From a bacterium (GTDB lineage Bacteria; Bacteroidota; Rhodothermia; Balneolales; M1805): a stretch of 64,000 bases of DNA. The translations under genes were made by a program, and so were the position numbers. Below the pieces are notes generated by a model. That model did no database searches. It saw only the letters and a list, made by a program, of their open reading frames with translations, and was not told where the DNA came from. Where the stretch lies: contig SBGQ01000129.1 in NCBI GenBank assembly GCA_006226965.1, positions 23,202-87,201 on the forward strand, written 5' to 3'. Of the stretch, positions 39,401-47,200 are shown piece after piece; the first letter of the stretch is position 1, and each line of letters starts with the position of its first letter.

Positions 39401-40694
39401 GAGTTGGAATAGCCATGTTAATTCTAAAAATTCCCGAGTTTCTCTCGGTTTCGATGGCAAGGAACGATTCAACATCGCCCGTTAAACTAGACGTAATTGT
39501 AATAATGGTAGAATCAGCCCACGCTGAATGCACATTACAACCTGCGGCGTCTGCTTCCAAGAATAATGGCTCGCCTACTTCTGTTATATTGGTTTTAATA
39601 GTAAAGGTGTTATCCGTGTAATAATGAATAACCGCGTCATAATCCGGTAATGCGGCAACTGCTAAGTTCGAAACTCCATCCGTAGTCTGGGTTCCGGTAC
39701 CGTCATCGTAGGTTACCGTTGCAATGTTTTCGATTTGTCCGACTGCATTTTCATTAACAGTTACTTTAAATCGAACGGTAAATGACTCCTGAACATCAAC
39801 CTCTTTAAAACCAACAGCAATCATATCCACAAATTTCGGATTGCTAGGTACAATTCGTGTGAATTCATTTGCCGGATACCCTTCAATATGATAAAGAGCT
39901 TCTCCGGAGCTTAGGAAATCATAACTATGAAATTGTGTATTTGCAGGAATTACGTCTTTTAAGAGAACTAAATGCTCTTCAACGTTATCGATAAGTACCG
40001 GTATTGCTAAAGCAGCAACATCTCCGGTGTTTTTACCATTAATTTCAAAGGTTAGGATACCGCCTTGCGTAATCTCCGATTCCAAAATTGTTTTTCTGAG
40101 CTCTATTTGAGTTCCGGCAATAATTGCAACTTCGTTATACGCCTGACTTACAACTTTACCGTTTTCGTTGAGAATATCAACATAGAATGAACCTACATCA
40201 TTGGATTTTAATCCGTATGGTAATTGGGCTTCAACTGTTACTTTTTTGGACTCGCCGGCGTTAAGCGTTACAATTACTGTAGCTGCTTCATTAGTTAATC
40301 TTGGAATATTGGTTTCCGTTTTAGCCGGAACAATGTCATCAACCAGAATATTGAATTGAGTGAATACGAAAGTTCCCTGACCGGAATTTCCTGCAACTAT
40401 TGTAAATGTTGCTTTTTTATTTCCTTTGTTTACAAGTGTATGCTCTAATGCTACACGTCTTCCCTGTCTTTCAGAAATATAGTTATCTGGGAAGATTTCA
40501 ACTTTTTCGACACCGTTTATTACAGTTTCAACTGTATTTGATTCACCGGATAATGCACTCCCAACCAAATTTGAAAAGCTAAACGAAGCTTTATTCTCAA
40601 TCACCGATCCTGACAACGGAGCATGTTGAGCCTTAGCCAAGCCGGCCAGGCTTAGAAGCAGTAAAGTAAATACTATAAAACTTCTTTTGTTCAT
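33471..40694 (-). CDS. 2407-aa outer-membrane protein: N-terminal DUF11/CnaB-like/SdrD-B/Big_1-like passenger, central ~800-aa predicted beta-barrel, three C-terminal OmpA-like domains
   Basis: There is a signal peptide (...LAKAQ). The recognisable passenger segments are:
- DUF11-type: GGFVNYEIKVSNL...VTDNLPYGF;
- SdrD-B: GKVFYDKNKNKIQDVGEPGVPNVRIYMENGNYIETDALGKYSF;
- Big_1-like: IPADGKTVAEIKIEAFDKNGILV.
Alternating-strand sequence from about aa 1135 ends in GVYVSLHYKF (F1930, nt 34905-34907). A canonical OmpA_C motif follows (LAGHTDSRNTTSYNYYLSMRRAEAV...NRRVEF), then two degenerate copies; the last ends NRRVDIEI. Confidence 0.8.
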   Translation of the reverse strand: MNKRSFIVFTLLLLSLAGLAKAQHAPLSGSVIENKASFSFSNLVGSALSGESNTVETVINGVEKVEIFPDNYISERQGRRVALEHTLVNKGNKKATFTIVAGNSGQGTFVFTQFNILVDDIVPAKTETNIPRLTNEAATVIVTLNAGESKKVTVEAQLPYGLKSNDVGSFYVDILNENGKVVSQAYNEVAIIAGTQIELRKTILESEITQGGILTFEINGKNTGDVAALAIPVLIDNVEEHLVLLKDVIPANTQFHSYDFLSSGEALYHIEGYPANEFTRIVPSNPKFVDMIAVGFKEVDVQESFTVRFKVTVNENAVGQIENIATVTYDDGTGTQTTDGVSNLAVAALPDYDAVIHYYTDNTFTIKTNITEVGEPLFLEADAAGCNVHSAWADSTIITITSSLTGDVESFLAIETERNSGIFRINMAIPTRNYLDFPVIQQNQILETTQNDELVAELLNCGRSGATARVIARVYVNPVGVVFDSESNRPIPGALVRILDVTNSSEGVPAQVFDSKGIETLPNEITTEANGEFTFPYLNTGKYRIEIVSPAQYNFPSQLSAAVLPQGRNIETDGSWGREFTISAPNGPARFDIPLDVNGLLAMNMEKEADREWVDLGGFVNYEIKVSNLIQNDITNVLVTDNLPYGFAYIKGSAQLDDSTITDPTGGRGPILEFSIGNLEVGEVKSLTYRLQATSAAISSDGKNVAVATADELIDKISNEADVTVRVDKGVFDDDAYIIGKVFYDKNKNKIQDVGEPGVPNVRIYMENGNYIETDALGKYSFYGVSPKRHVLKLDVTTIPIGGGLEVLDNRHAFDASSRFVDLQKGELHKADFAICDDTQDILPEIRARFTKMTDLPSELALGLKSRMDAQIRRDNRENKALPSSGIVGSKANDVANPTAYKPIIKKVESNSYWKTLSVETTDASLEDLLSIADKELGYLNLNDGDSLNTPITNVMVKGAVGSKFMLFVNGIEIPESRIGIKANSPTVEGWEYVGIELNEGKNEITVQVFDPFGNKRGEEIIHVFAPGLVDHFAITVLNEVIPADGKTVAEIKIEAFDKNGILVKSRTPITLDIEVGQLLTQDLNEIEAGTQQFIEGGVGFAFVEAPLEPGVGKVVVKSGNLKSSSEIHFTPNLRPLIAAGIIEGALRLKNGFRIDAVNQSDVFEEELRGLNAGSDNFSASARTAFFIKGKILGSYLLTASFDSEKEDRSMFRDIKPDEYYPIYGDASVKGFDAQSSGRLFVRVDKNKHFAMYGDFNTMDQSPARNLGQFNRNLTGVKGHYETSKIKANASVSLADSRQVIEELPALGISGPYRLQHENVRENSERIEIITRDRNQPDVIIDSKTMFRFRDYTLEQFTGHIFFNAPVFSLDEDLNPRFIRISYETEETLEKFVVATTDAQAKVTDNIEVGATAHVDLDPADSYNLVSANSSIKLGESGTLVTEVARTDKDSKGEGYGARVEYKHQGNVFNGRVFAGKTSEDFVNPFSMLGGARTEAGMRGTVRLGSKTTLQTEALLSTNDTTGAVRQGAMLNVQRGFAYGLQAELGVRYMKDDQKGSAPSTEQGSVRSKLISRLPFLTSAEVYGEYEQSLASIERRIAALGADYTLGARGRLYARHEFLSSLTGRYSLNDQQQQNNTVVGIDAGYMRNGRVYTEYRSRDAFDGRTTQASMGVRNQFMLREGLGLTAGLERVFSIAGVAVNEGTSISLGLDYTANPNWKASGRIETRFSKQENSYISSLGYAHRLSDQWSFLGKNTMALTKGGSTDRILERLRAGFAYRESEQSRWNALGRYEYIFEQNNGFNDGLERSVHMVSSHINWQPNDPFYLTARWAGKLASETSNNFESQSFLQLLGLRATYDLSRRFDVGASTALLTNESFTSNQLGIGAEVGFIVARNLRLVTGYNFLGYRDQDLASADFTAHGVYVSLHYKFDEQEIFRVTKSKPADYPDLDCGCDVPSFEMPKPVIPSLIATVPTPAILRERFVLPKDVHFGLNKAAISEISATMINRMAWFMHQKDNATINLAGHTDSRNTTSYNYYLSMRRAEAVKAYLIATGVDSTRIILDPKGKTELRIAKETNIVHEAENRRVEFGVNFQGADVDLVTQVEDLQIEKRELAFAKFWNYLLSTELNSVADRVHFKMNNSELSDLNKLLLARIAAILKLKTEVNLVVFGYDKSGETLVTERAKAVITYLEDAGVPAERMQFEFRRSNRYDERQYGASAIHSAIFFSYMPPDDLEILEQNDDLAGEKVGYIPQELYRMVEIQNERNDLPILQSPLRSLPYVANAVHFAFASDKLDHKSQAILMRLVMFLKAHPDAELLLTGGSDSNTSLNRNNEMAWKRTNVVFEFLKSKGIHPGRMLLDVRRDVNAPETTEMDRASNRRVDIEIKNVENVKVIQQTYDIKPRWWR

Positions 40695-40857
40695 GCTTTG
40701 TTTAAAAGTTGAGCCGGAGTTTTCACACCCCGACTCAATGGGATGTTTGATGTTTGAGATATTTTTTTGGTTCGGAAGTCTTTATCGAGCTCTTTGCTTA
40801 AAAGACCCCGATTGAAGAGGAATGCGGCCGTTCAGACCACATTCCACCGATGTTTAA

Positions 40858-43506
40858 TTAGTTGTCGATCAAGACTCCGAAAGTAATTACTGCTGATTCA
40901 CCAGCTCCTAAAGAACCCACATCCACAGTAATGGTGTTGGTTCCGGCGTTGTATGAAGCAGTACCTTTGGTAGTTGCTACCGGTGCTACACCAGAGTTGT
41001 ATGTGGTATAAGCAGGAATAGCATCATTAATTTGAACTGTGGTTACTGAAGTTGTACCTAAGTTTGAAACCGTGATTTGGTAAAGAATACCTTCACCAGG
41101 ATTTGCAGTCACTTGGGTTGTGATATAAACTCCAGCACCTGCATCAGGTGTACCGTCGTTGTTTGCATCTTTAGCTTGTTTTTTCACTAAAGTCACGTTG
41201 CTGTTGATAACAGTAGTTACATCTGTAGCAGCAGTAATTGTTGGAGGCGCAACACTATTTACGTTTCCTACTAATGTAGCAGTAACCGTAGTGGTGTTAA
41301 TTAAACCTTCAGTAACACCAGGAGTAGCATTTACACGAACAATAATTTGTTTTGATTGTCCGATTGCAAATGAACCGAAGTTGGTAGAACCGTTAATTTG
41401 AACGTCACCACCATCAATAGAACCATCTTCGTTGATATCGATATAAGCAACAGCACTAAAACTTCCGTTTGAGTTAGAAACTGAAATAGAGAATGCAGTT
41501 CCTGAAGCGTTTTCAACAGTATTACCATTGTTTGTAATGGTATGGATATACGTTACAGCACCACCCGGGAATACCTGACCAGAGTTGTTTGGAGTTAAAG
41601 CCATATCACGAACTGTGTTTACGGTTAATCCCAAATGGATTCGGTCATTAGCTCCAGATGCTGGAGAAAGAGCACGTACGAAATACGATTCCGGAGTACT
41701 TGTTGCAGCTTTGTTTGAAGGAATGGTGATATCAACAAAAATCTCTTTTTGAGAGTTTGCTAATACAGTTCCTGTGTTTGCAATGATAGCGAGTGTAGAT
41801 GCATCGCGGAAGGTTACTGTAACACCAACCGGAATTACCTGCGTTGCAAATGTTTGATCTGTACTAACTGCTAAGTCGTAGTTATCAGACACGTTAGACG
41901 TGTTGTTAACAAACAATGTATAACGAGTTGTTGTACCGGGATTTGTTGCATTTGTCTGAACTGGAGAACCTTCTGGACCTGCTCCAAGACCGTCTGATGC
42001 TTGCGCACCGTCGTTCGCAATATCATTATTTGCTGTAATATCCACTGTGTTACCTGCAATTGTGGTTAACACGTCGTTCATATCAGCAAAAACAGAAGAA
42101 CTGGTTACTGAAGTTGCACGTTTAACAATCGTGTAAGGGCCGCCGCCGTTAGCACCGTTTGGTAATGTAACTTTTAACACTACATCATAAGAAGCACCAG
42201 CTGCTAAAGGACCTGAATCAGGAATACCGTCAGCGTTTGTGTCCAATAATGGGCTTAATCCATCAGATTTGTATAAGATGTAAGAAGAACCAACTGGAAA
42301 GCTGTTGCTTTGGATTGTGATGTTAAATCGATCGGTAATGTTACCTGTGTTGGTAATTTGGTTAGTGAAGGTTACTGTTGCACCCTGACTTGCAGAAGCA
42401 ATAGTTTCACCAGTACCAGTTACACCGGGAGTTGGGTTTACCGTAAAGATGTAGGTGTTTGAGTTAAAAGGACCTACGTTTCCGGCACCATCATTATAAC
42501 TATAAATTGCAGTGTTATTTAATGTACCCGGAGGTGTTGCAGCAGCAATGTTTACTTGGAAAGTAACCGTTCCTGATTGTCCCGGAGCAATTGAAGCTAT
42601 TGTAGCTGCAACTGTTCTAGTACCTGCAGTATATGAATAATCAATATTTACACTTGGTTCTGCTGTTCCATCGTCAGTTAAGGCAGATGAACCGGTTACT
42701 GACCAACGACCTGTACCTGCAACATAATCCATGTTTACAGGAAGAGCGTCAGAAATTACCAAGTTAGTACCCGTTGCGTTACCGGAGTTGGTATAAGTCA
42801 AGGTTACTGTGTATGGTCCGGAACCAGGATTACCGGTTGATGAACTCATCGCTTTAGTAAGGTTGATTACGGCATTATCACTAATGTCAGCAACGTCAGC
42901 ATTGTTAGCTAAAACACTGTTGTTGAACTGCGAAGTGGCAGTAACTGTTAGCGTTGCAGATTCACCGTCAAGTGCAGAAGCAGGCACAGTAACAACAGCA
43001 ACAAAGTTGAATGATGTTCCTGATGCCAAGTTTGGTGATACTGTAATCGGATTAAAGTTATCCGGAACCCCGTTACCATCAAGATCTTCGTAGAAGCTGA
43101 TGGTTGAGAAGGTGTAATCACCAGATTGAGCAGAGGTAAGGTCAAATCGGTCTGTTCCGTTTCCGTTGTTTGTTATTGTGTGAGGAAACGCTAATTGACC
43201 ACCTGCGGCAACCGTTCTGGTTTGCGGAGCAGATAAGGTTAATGCTGCAACCTGAGCAACTTGTGTGTTAACAACGTTAGAAGTAACTGTTCTTGGGTTA
43301 CCACCAGCATCGTTAAACGTAGCTGTTGCTTGGTTACCAATCAATGTACCCGCTGGAGGGGTTTGTGCAAATGCAGAAGTAATCGACAATGTGAAGACAA
43401 TTACTACCGCTGCAATCAACGTAAAAAAGCTGCGAAGTACAGCCATTGTTTGTGTTGTTTTCATGGTATTGTTTGTTTGATTTTTAGGATTGTGAAATAA
43501 ATTCAT
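40858..43506 (-). CDS. 882-aa secreted Thr/Asn/Gly/Val-rich protein built from DUF11-type Ig-like repeats
   Basis: There is a signal/anchor sequence (...ITSAFAQ). Modules of the form H(T)ITN(N/T)GN..D(R)F.(L/I) recur, with D..(D/N)G.PD loops. The terminal DUF11 domain reads PGEGILYQITVSNLG...INDAIPAYTTY...GESAVITFGVLIDN. The likely true start is MKTTQT at 43464. Confidence 0.75.
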   Translation of the reverse strand: MNLFHNPKNQTNNTMKTTQTMAVLRSFFTLIAAVVIVFTLSITSAFAQTPPAGTLIGNQATATFNDAGGNPRTVTSNVVNTQVAQVAALTLSAPQTRTVAAGGQLAFPHTITNNGNGTDRFDLTSAQSGDYTFSTISFYEDLDGNGVPDNFNPITVSPNLASGTSFNFVAVVTVPASALDGESATLTVTATSQFNNSVLANNADVADISDNAVINLTKAMSSSTGNPGSGPYTVTLTYTNSGNATGTNLVISDALPVNMDYVAGTGRWSVTGSSALTDDGTAEPSVNIDYSYTAGTRTVAATIASIAPGQSGTVTFQVNIAAATPPGTLNNTAIYSYNDGAGNVGPFNSNTYIFTVNPTPGVTGTGETIASASQGATVTFTNQITNTGNITDRFNITIQSNSFPVGSSYILYKSDGLSPLLDTNADGIPDSGPLAAGASYDVVLKVTLPNGANGGGPYTIVKRATSVTSSSVFADMNDVLTTIAGNTVDITANNDIANDGAQASDGLGAGPEGSPVQTNATNPGTTTRYTLFVNNTSNVSDNYDLAVSTDQTFATQVIPVGVTVTFRDASTLAIIANTGTVLANSQKEIFVDITIPSNKAATSTPESYFVRALSPASGANDRIHLGLTVNTVRDMALTPNNSGQVFPGGAVTYIHTITNNGNTVENASGTAFSISVSNSNGSFSAVAYIDINEDGSIDGGDVQINGSTNFGSFAIGQSKQIIVRVNATPGVTEGLINTTTVTATLVGNVNSVAPPTITAATDVTTVINSNVTLVKKQAKDANNDGTPDAGAGVYITTQVTANPGEGILYQITVSNLGTTSVTTVQINDAIPAYTTYNSGVAPVATTKGTASYNAGTNTITVDVGSLGAGESAVITFGVLIDN

Positions 43507-43515
43507 TGCAATGCG

Positions 43516-44019
43516 CTAGTTCGTTACAGGAGCTATTATGCGCATGCGGGCTTTGAAAACTTTGGTCTCACCCGAAACCATTGAAGACTGTAACCACTGT
43601 AAAAAGCGGTATTCTTTAACATCAGCCTTAATTTTCCCTTTAGAACCGTTAGGTAAAGTGATTTCTTTCAAAACCGGTGGTTGCTGAAAAACCTGATCTT
43701 GAGTCAAGCTCACAGCATGAACGATAGGACTGGCAGTGTTTTCAATGAAAATCATACCATCCGGTACAGGTAAAACCGGACGCAGATTCGAAATGGAACC
43801 ACCGGTTTCGTTTACGTATGTCAATTGGTACTCTATGATATCCCCTGGCATCACTGAGTTGGTTTCAACCAATTGCTCTTTGTTATCAACCTTAACCACT
43901 TTATAAGCTTTAAGGTCAGATACAAGCTCATTTCTTTGTGCGACTAATCTAGCTTGTTGAGCAAATGCTGAACCTGCTATCAAAATGAGCAACATGAAGA
44001 GAGTTGTTTTTGTTTTCAT
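43516..44019 (-). CDS. Small secreted single-domain protein, DUF11-like Ig fold (first gene of the operon)
   Basis: There is a signal peptide (MKTKTTLFMLLILIAGSAFAQ). The motif PGDIIEYQLTYVNETGGSISNL...PVPDGM and the ending GETKVFKARMRIIAPVTN resemble the DUF11 domains of the downstream genes. Confidence 0.55.
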   Translation of the reverse strand: MKTKTTLFMLLILIAGSAFAQQARLVAQRNELVSDLKAYKVVKVDNKEQLVETNSVMPGDIIEYQLTYVNETGGSISNLRPVLPVPDGMIFIENTASPIVHAVSLTQDQVFQQPPVLKEITLPNGSKGKIKADVKEYRFLQWLQSSMVSGETKVFKARMRIIAPVTN

Positions 44020-44246
44020 GGCGAAATGTTTTTGAATTTTTAATTCGATTTTTTGGTGTCAAACTGAGTTTCGACCTCAGAATGCTCGTTCTCCGCCATG
44101 TAAATAAGCCTGATCGACAACAAAGCGGGTAAACATCATTAGACTAATTTTATGTTTTCCCTCGCTGAGGTTGTTATCACGTATGTTGCGAAAGTTTTAG
44201 GGCTTGTGTACCTAGTTTTATAAAATGTTGCCGTATTTTAGAACTT

Positions 44247-47200
44247 GTGATTTCGAACAGTAGAATAAATTTGAAAATTGGCTTTATTTGCTCACTATGG
44301 GCACTTTTAGGCATTACAACCACAGCTAAAGGTGGTTTATTAAACTTTATTAATACAATTAACTCTTTTAATAGCCAAGTTCAACCAACCCAAACAGATG
44401 CTGTCAATTTCATCGTAAAAAACTGGACTTCTAAAGACGGACTTCCGGTAAACTCGTTTTCATATTTGGAATTGGGTTCAAACGGACTGATTTGGATTGC
44501 TACCTATGACGGTTTAGTTCGTTTTGACGGCATCTCATTTAAAACATATTCGTCCAGAAATTACAGCGCCATCAAAAACAATCGTTTTGTAAACGTTTTT
44601 GAAGCCCCGAATAAGCTTATTTACTTCTTCTCTGAGGAAGGCGGTCTTTATGTATTAAACCCTGATTTAGATAGCGTTGAACAGGTTCTTTCCGATACGA
44701 ATACGCCCTTATACATACACTATATCAGCAAAGGTAAGAACGGGAATTTGTACTTAGCATCTGAAAGCGGTATATGGTCTGTCACAACTGAACGCAATCC
44801 TGTAAAAATTCTTCCGAATGATATTAAACACCCTGTCTACATGGCCTACATGGACCAATTCAACAGACTTTGGTTTATAAATCAGAACAGCCAACTCTAT
44901 TACATCAAAGACAATCAGGTTAAAATCGTAAGTATATCGCGTCCAAATAGTTATCTGTTTTTCACCTTAACAGAAAATGACCATTACGGTTACTTAGGAT
45001 GGCTCAATCAGATTGTTTATTACGACGAAAACCAAATTACTGTTTATGATATAGATCAAATTAGTGATAAAGAAACCTTCCAACGGCTAGTTATTGAAAC
45101 TGATAACGAGCACTTAATTATTCATACGAGCTTAAAAGATACTTACCGAACATCAACTAATAACATAAATAAGCTTGAAAAACTTCCGATTCACGGTTAT
45201 CCTATACTAAAACACCAAAAATTGATTCACCCCGTTTTAGGGCAACTGTTAGTTACGTCGGAAGGACTCTATTTAGAAAACGGCACTCGTTTATACGACT
45301 TCTCAACATATAAAATTGAAGATGCATTAATAGATTTTGAAGGAAGCATCTGGATATCTACAACCGGTGGCGGCATATTTCAGTTAAGCTTAAATCACTT
45401 TAAAAATTACACGTTTGGCTTAAATGCTATTGATAATAATATATTTACGGTTTCACCTGTGCAGCCCGATTCAAGCGTTTTCGTTGGTTCATACGGAGCC
45501 GGCTTGTATCAATTAAACTTAAAAAACGGCTCAACTAAACCAATCAAATTACATTCAGACGTACAAGACAAGTTTGTTACAAGTATTGAACAATTATCAA
45601 CCGGAAGTCTGTTAATTGGCGCTCATTCGTATACAATTTTTGAGTTAACACCGAACAAAAAGGTGATTCAACATCATCTCCCAATCAAAAAAAACCAAAC
45701 CATTAGCGCACTCTTGGAAGATAATGACGGTAATATTTGGGTCGGCAGTTCTGATGCCTTGTATTTAAAGCGAAAAAACACCTCTTCGTTCAGTGAAGCA
45801 GAAACGTATAACTTAAATTTTAACGCACAAATTAAAACGATAACCCAAGCACCTGATCAAACAATTTGGCTTGGCACAAGAGGTAAAGGTTTAATTCGCT
45901 TAATTAAAGAAGTCCCTGAACCCATATTATCCAACGAACCCTTTTCACATGCCATTATTCGCTCGATATCACTCGACCCATTAATTAATACTCCAAACAA
46001 TTATAGACTTTGGATTGCGACAGAAGCACTTGGCATTATTGTTTTAGATGTAGTGAATCAACAAATAAAAAGCACCCTTTCACTAACACTCGAAAACGGC
46101 TTATTAGATAATACCATTCACCATATTGTATTCGATGAAAAAACAAACCTTTGGGCAACTACAAACCGAGGTTTATTTTCAATTTTGAGTACGGAACTAC
46201 ACGAATTTGTATCTGGCACAATCAAACAAGTAAATCCTTCCATTTATATTGATGATGACGGTTTACCTGATAACGAATTTAATGGCGGTGGAAACCCATC
46301 AGCTCAAAAAATTGGTAAAAACCAATTCCTGTTTGCGAATCAAAAGGGTTTGGTCTATTCCAATCTGTCTAATTTAACCACCAATTCGTATATCCCTTCT
46401 GTCATTGTTTATGAGTTAAAATCTAACGGAACGGTAGTTCAACACAACAAAAAAAATTATTGGGAATTAGCAAATACACAGCGAAATATTGAGATTAGCT
46501 TTACATCTTCCAGTCTTGCATCACCCAAAAAGAATGTTTTCCAATATCGATTGTTGCCGATATCTGACAACTGGGTTGATATAAGAGATACAAGAGAATT
46601 GAATTTTCAGAATCTAAGCACCGGTATTTATACTCTGGAAATTAAAGGCTCGAACAGCAGCGGATTATTTAGCCCAAGCCCTACAGTTGTACAATTTACC
46701 ATTGCCCCTTTCTGGTATGAAACAAGTTGGGCTTACATTTTTGCCTTCTTATTTCTAATCGGAGCAAGTTATAGTTTGGTAAGATTGAGAGTGCTTCAAT
46801 TGAGTAAACGTTCTGCCAGACTCCAGTCTTTAGTTGATGAACGAACAAAAGAGTTACAAAATGAACGTGAGCTCGCAATCAAACAAAGGAATCAGCTTAA
46901 TGAAGTGTTGGAATCCAGAAGATTGTTGTTGTCTCAAATTAGTTTTGAGCTAAAGAATCCGCTAACGATGATTCAATCCCCGCTTCATTTACTCAATCTG
47001 AATCGCTATGGGACTTTACCAACCGAAGCCAAGCTTGTAATCGATGAAGTGATTCGCCAAACCAATAATTTAGACACCCACATCAAACGAATAATTGATA
47101 TTTCATCTATTCATGACGGGAAATTCGGCGTTTATAAAGAAAAAATCATTTCTAAGCCGTTTTTCGACAGTTTCTTTTATGAAATAAGAAATGAACGCCC

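Noticed and set aside
33471-40694. The 2407-aa protein, considered as a classical fimbrial usher or a TonB-dependent/Oar-like receptor.
   Set aside because: I could not see a TonB box or plug signature or usher N/C-terminal domains. No periplasmic chaperone gene accompanies it. The C-terminal OmpA triplet does not fit either family. It is kept as an unclassified barrel-containing protein.
41159-43500. Several 60-95-aa ORFs on both strands inside the 882-aa gene (for example 41159-41401, 42809-43093, 43261-43500).
   Set aside because: They are shadow ORFs within a long, compositionally biased gene whose own frame carries clear domain motifs end to end.
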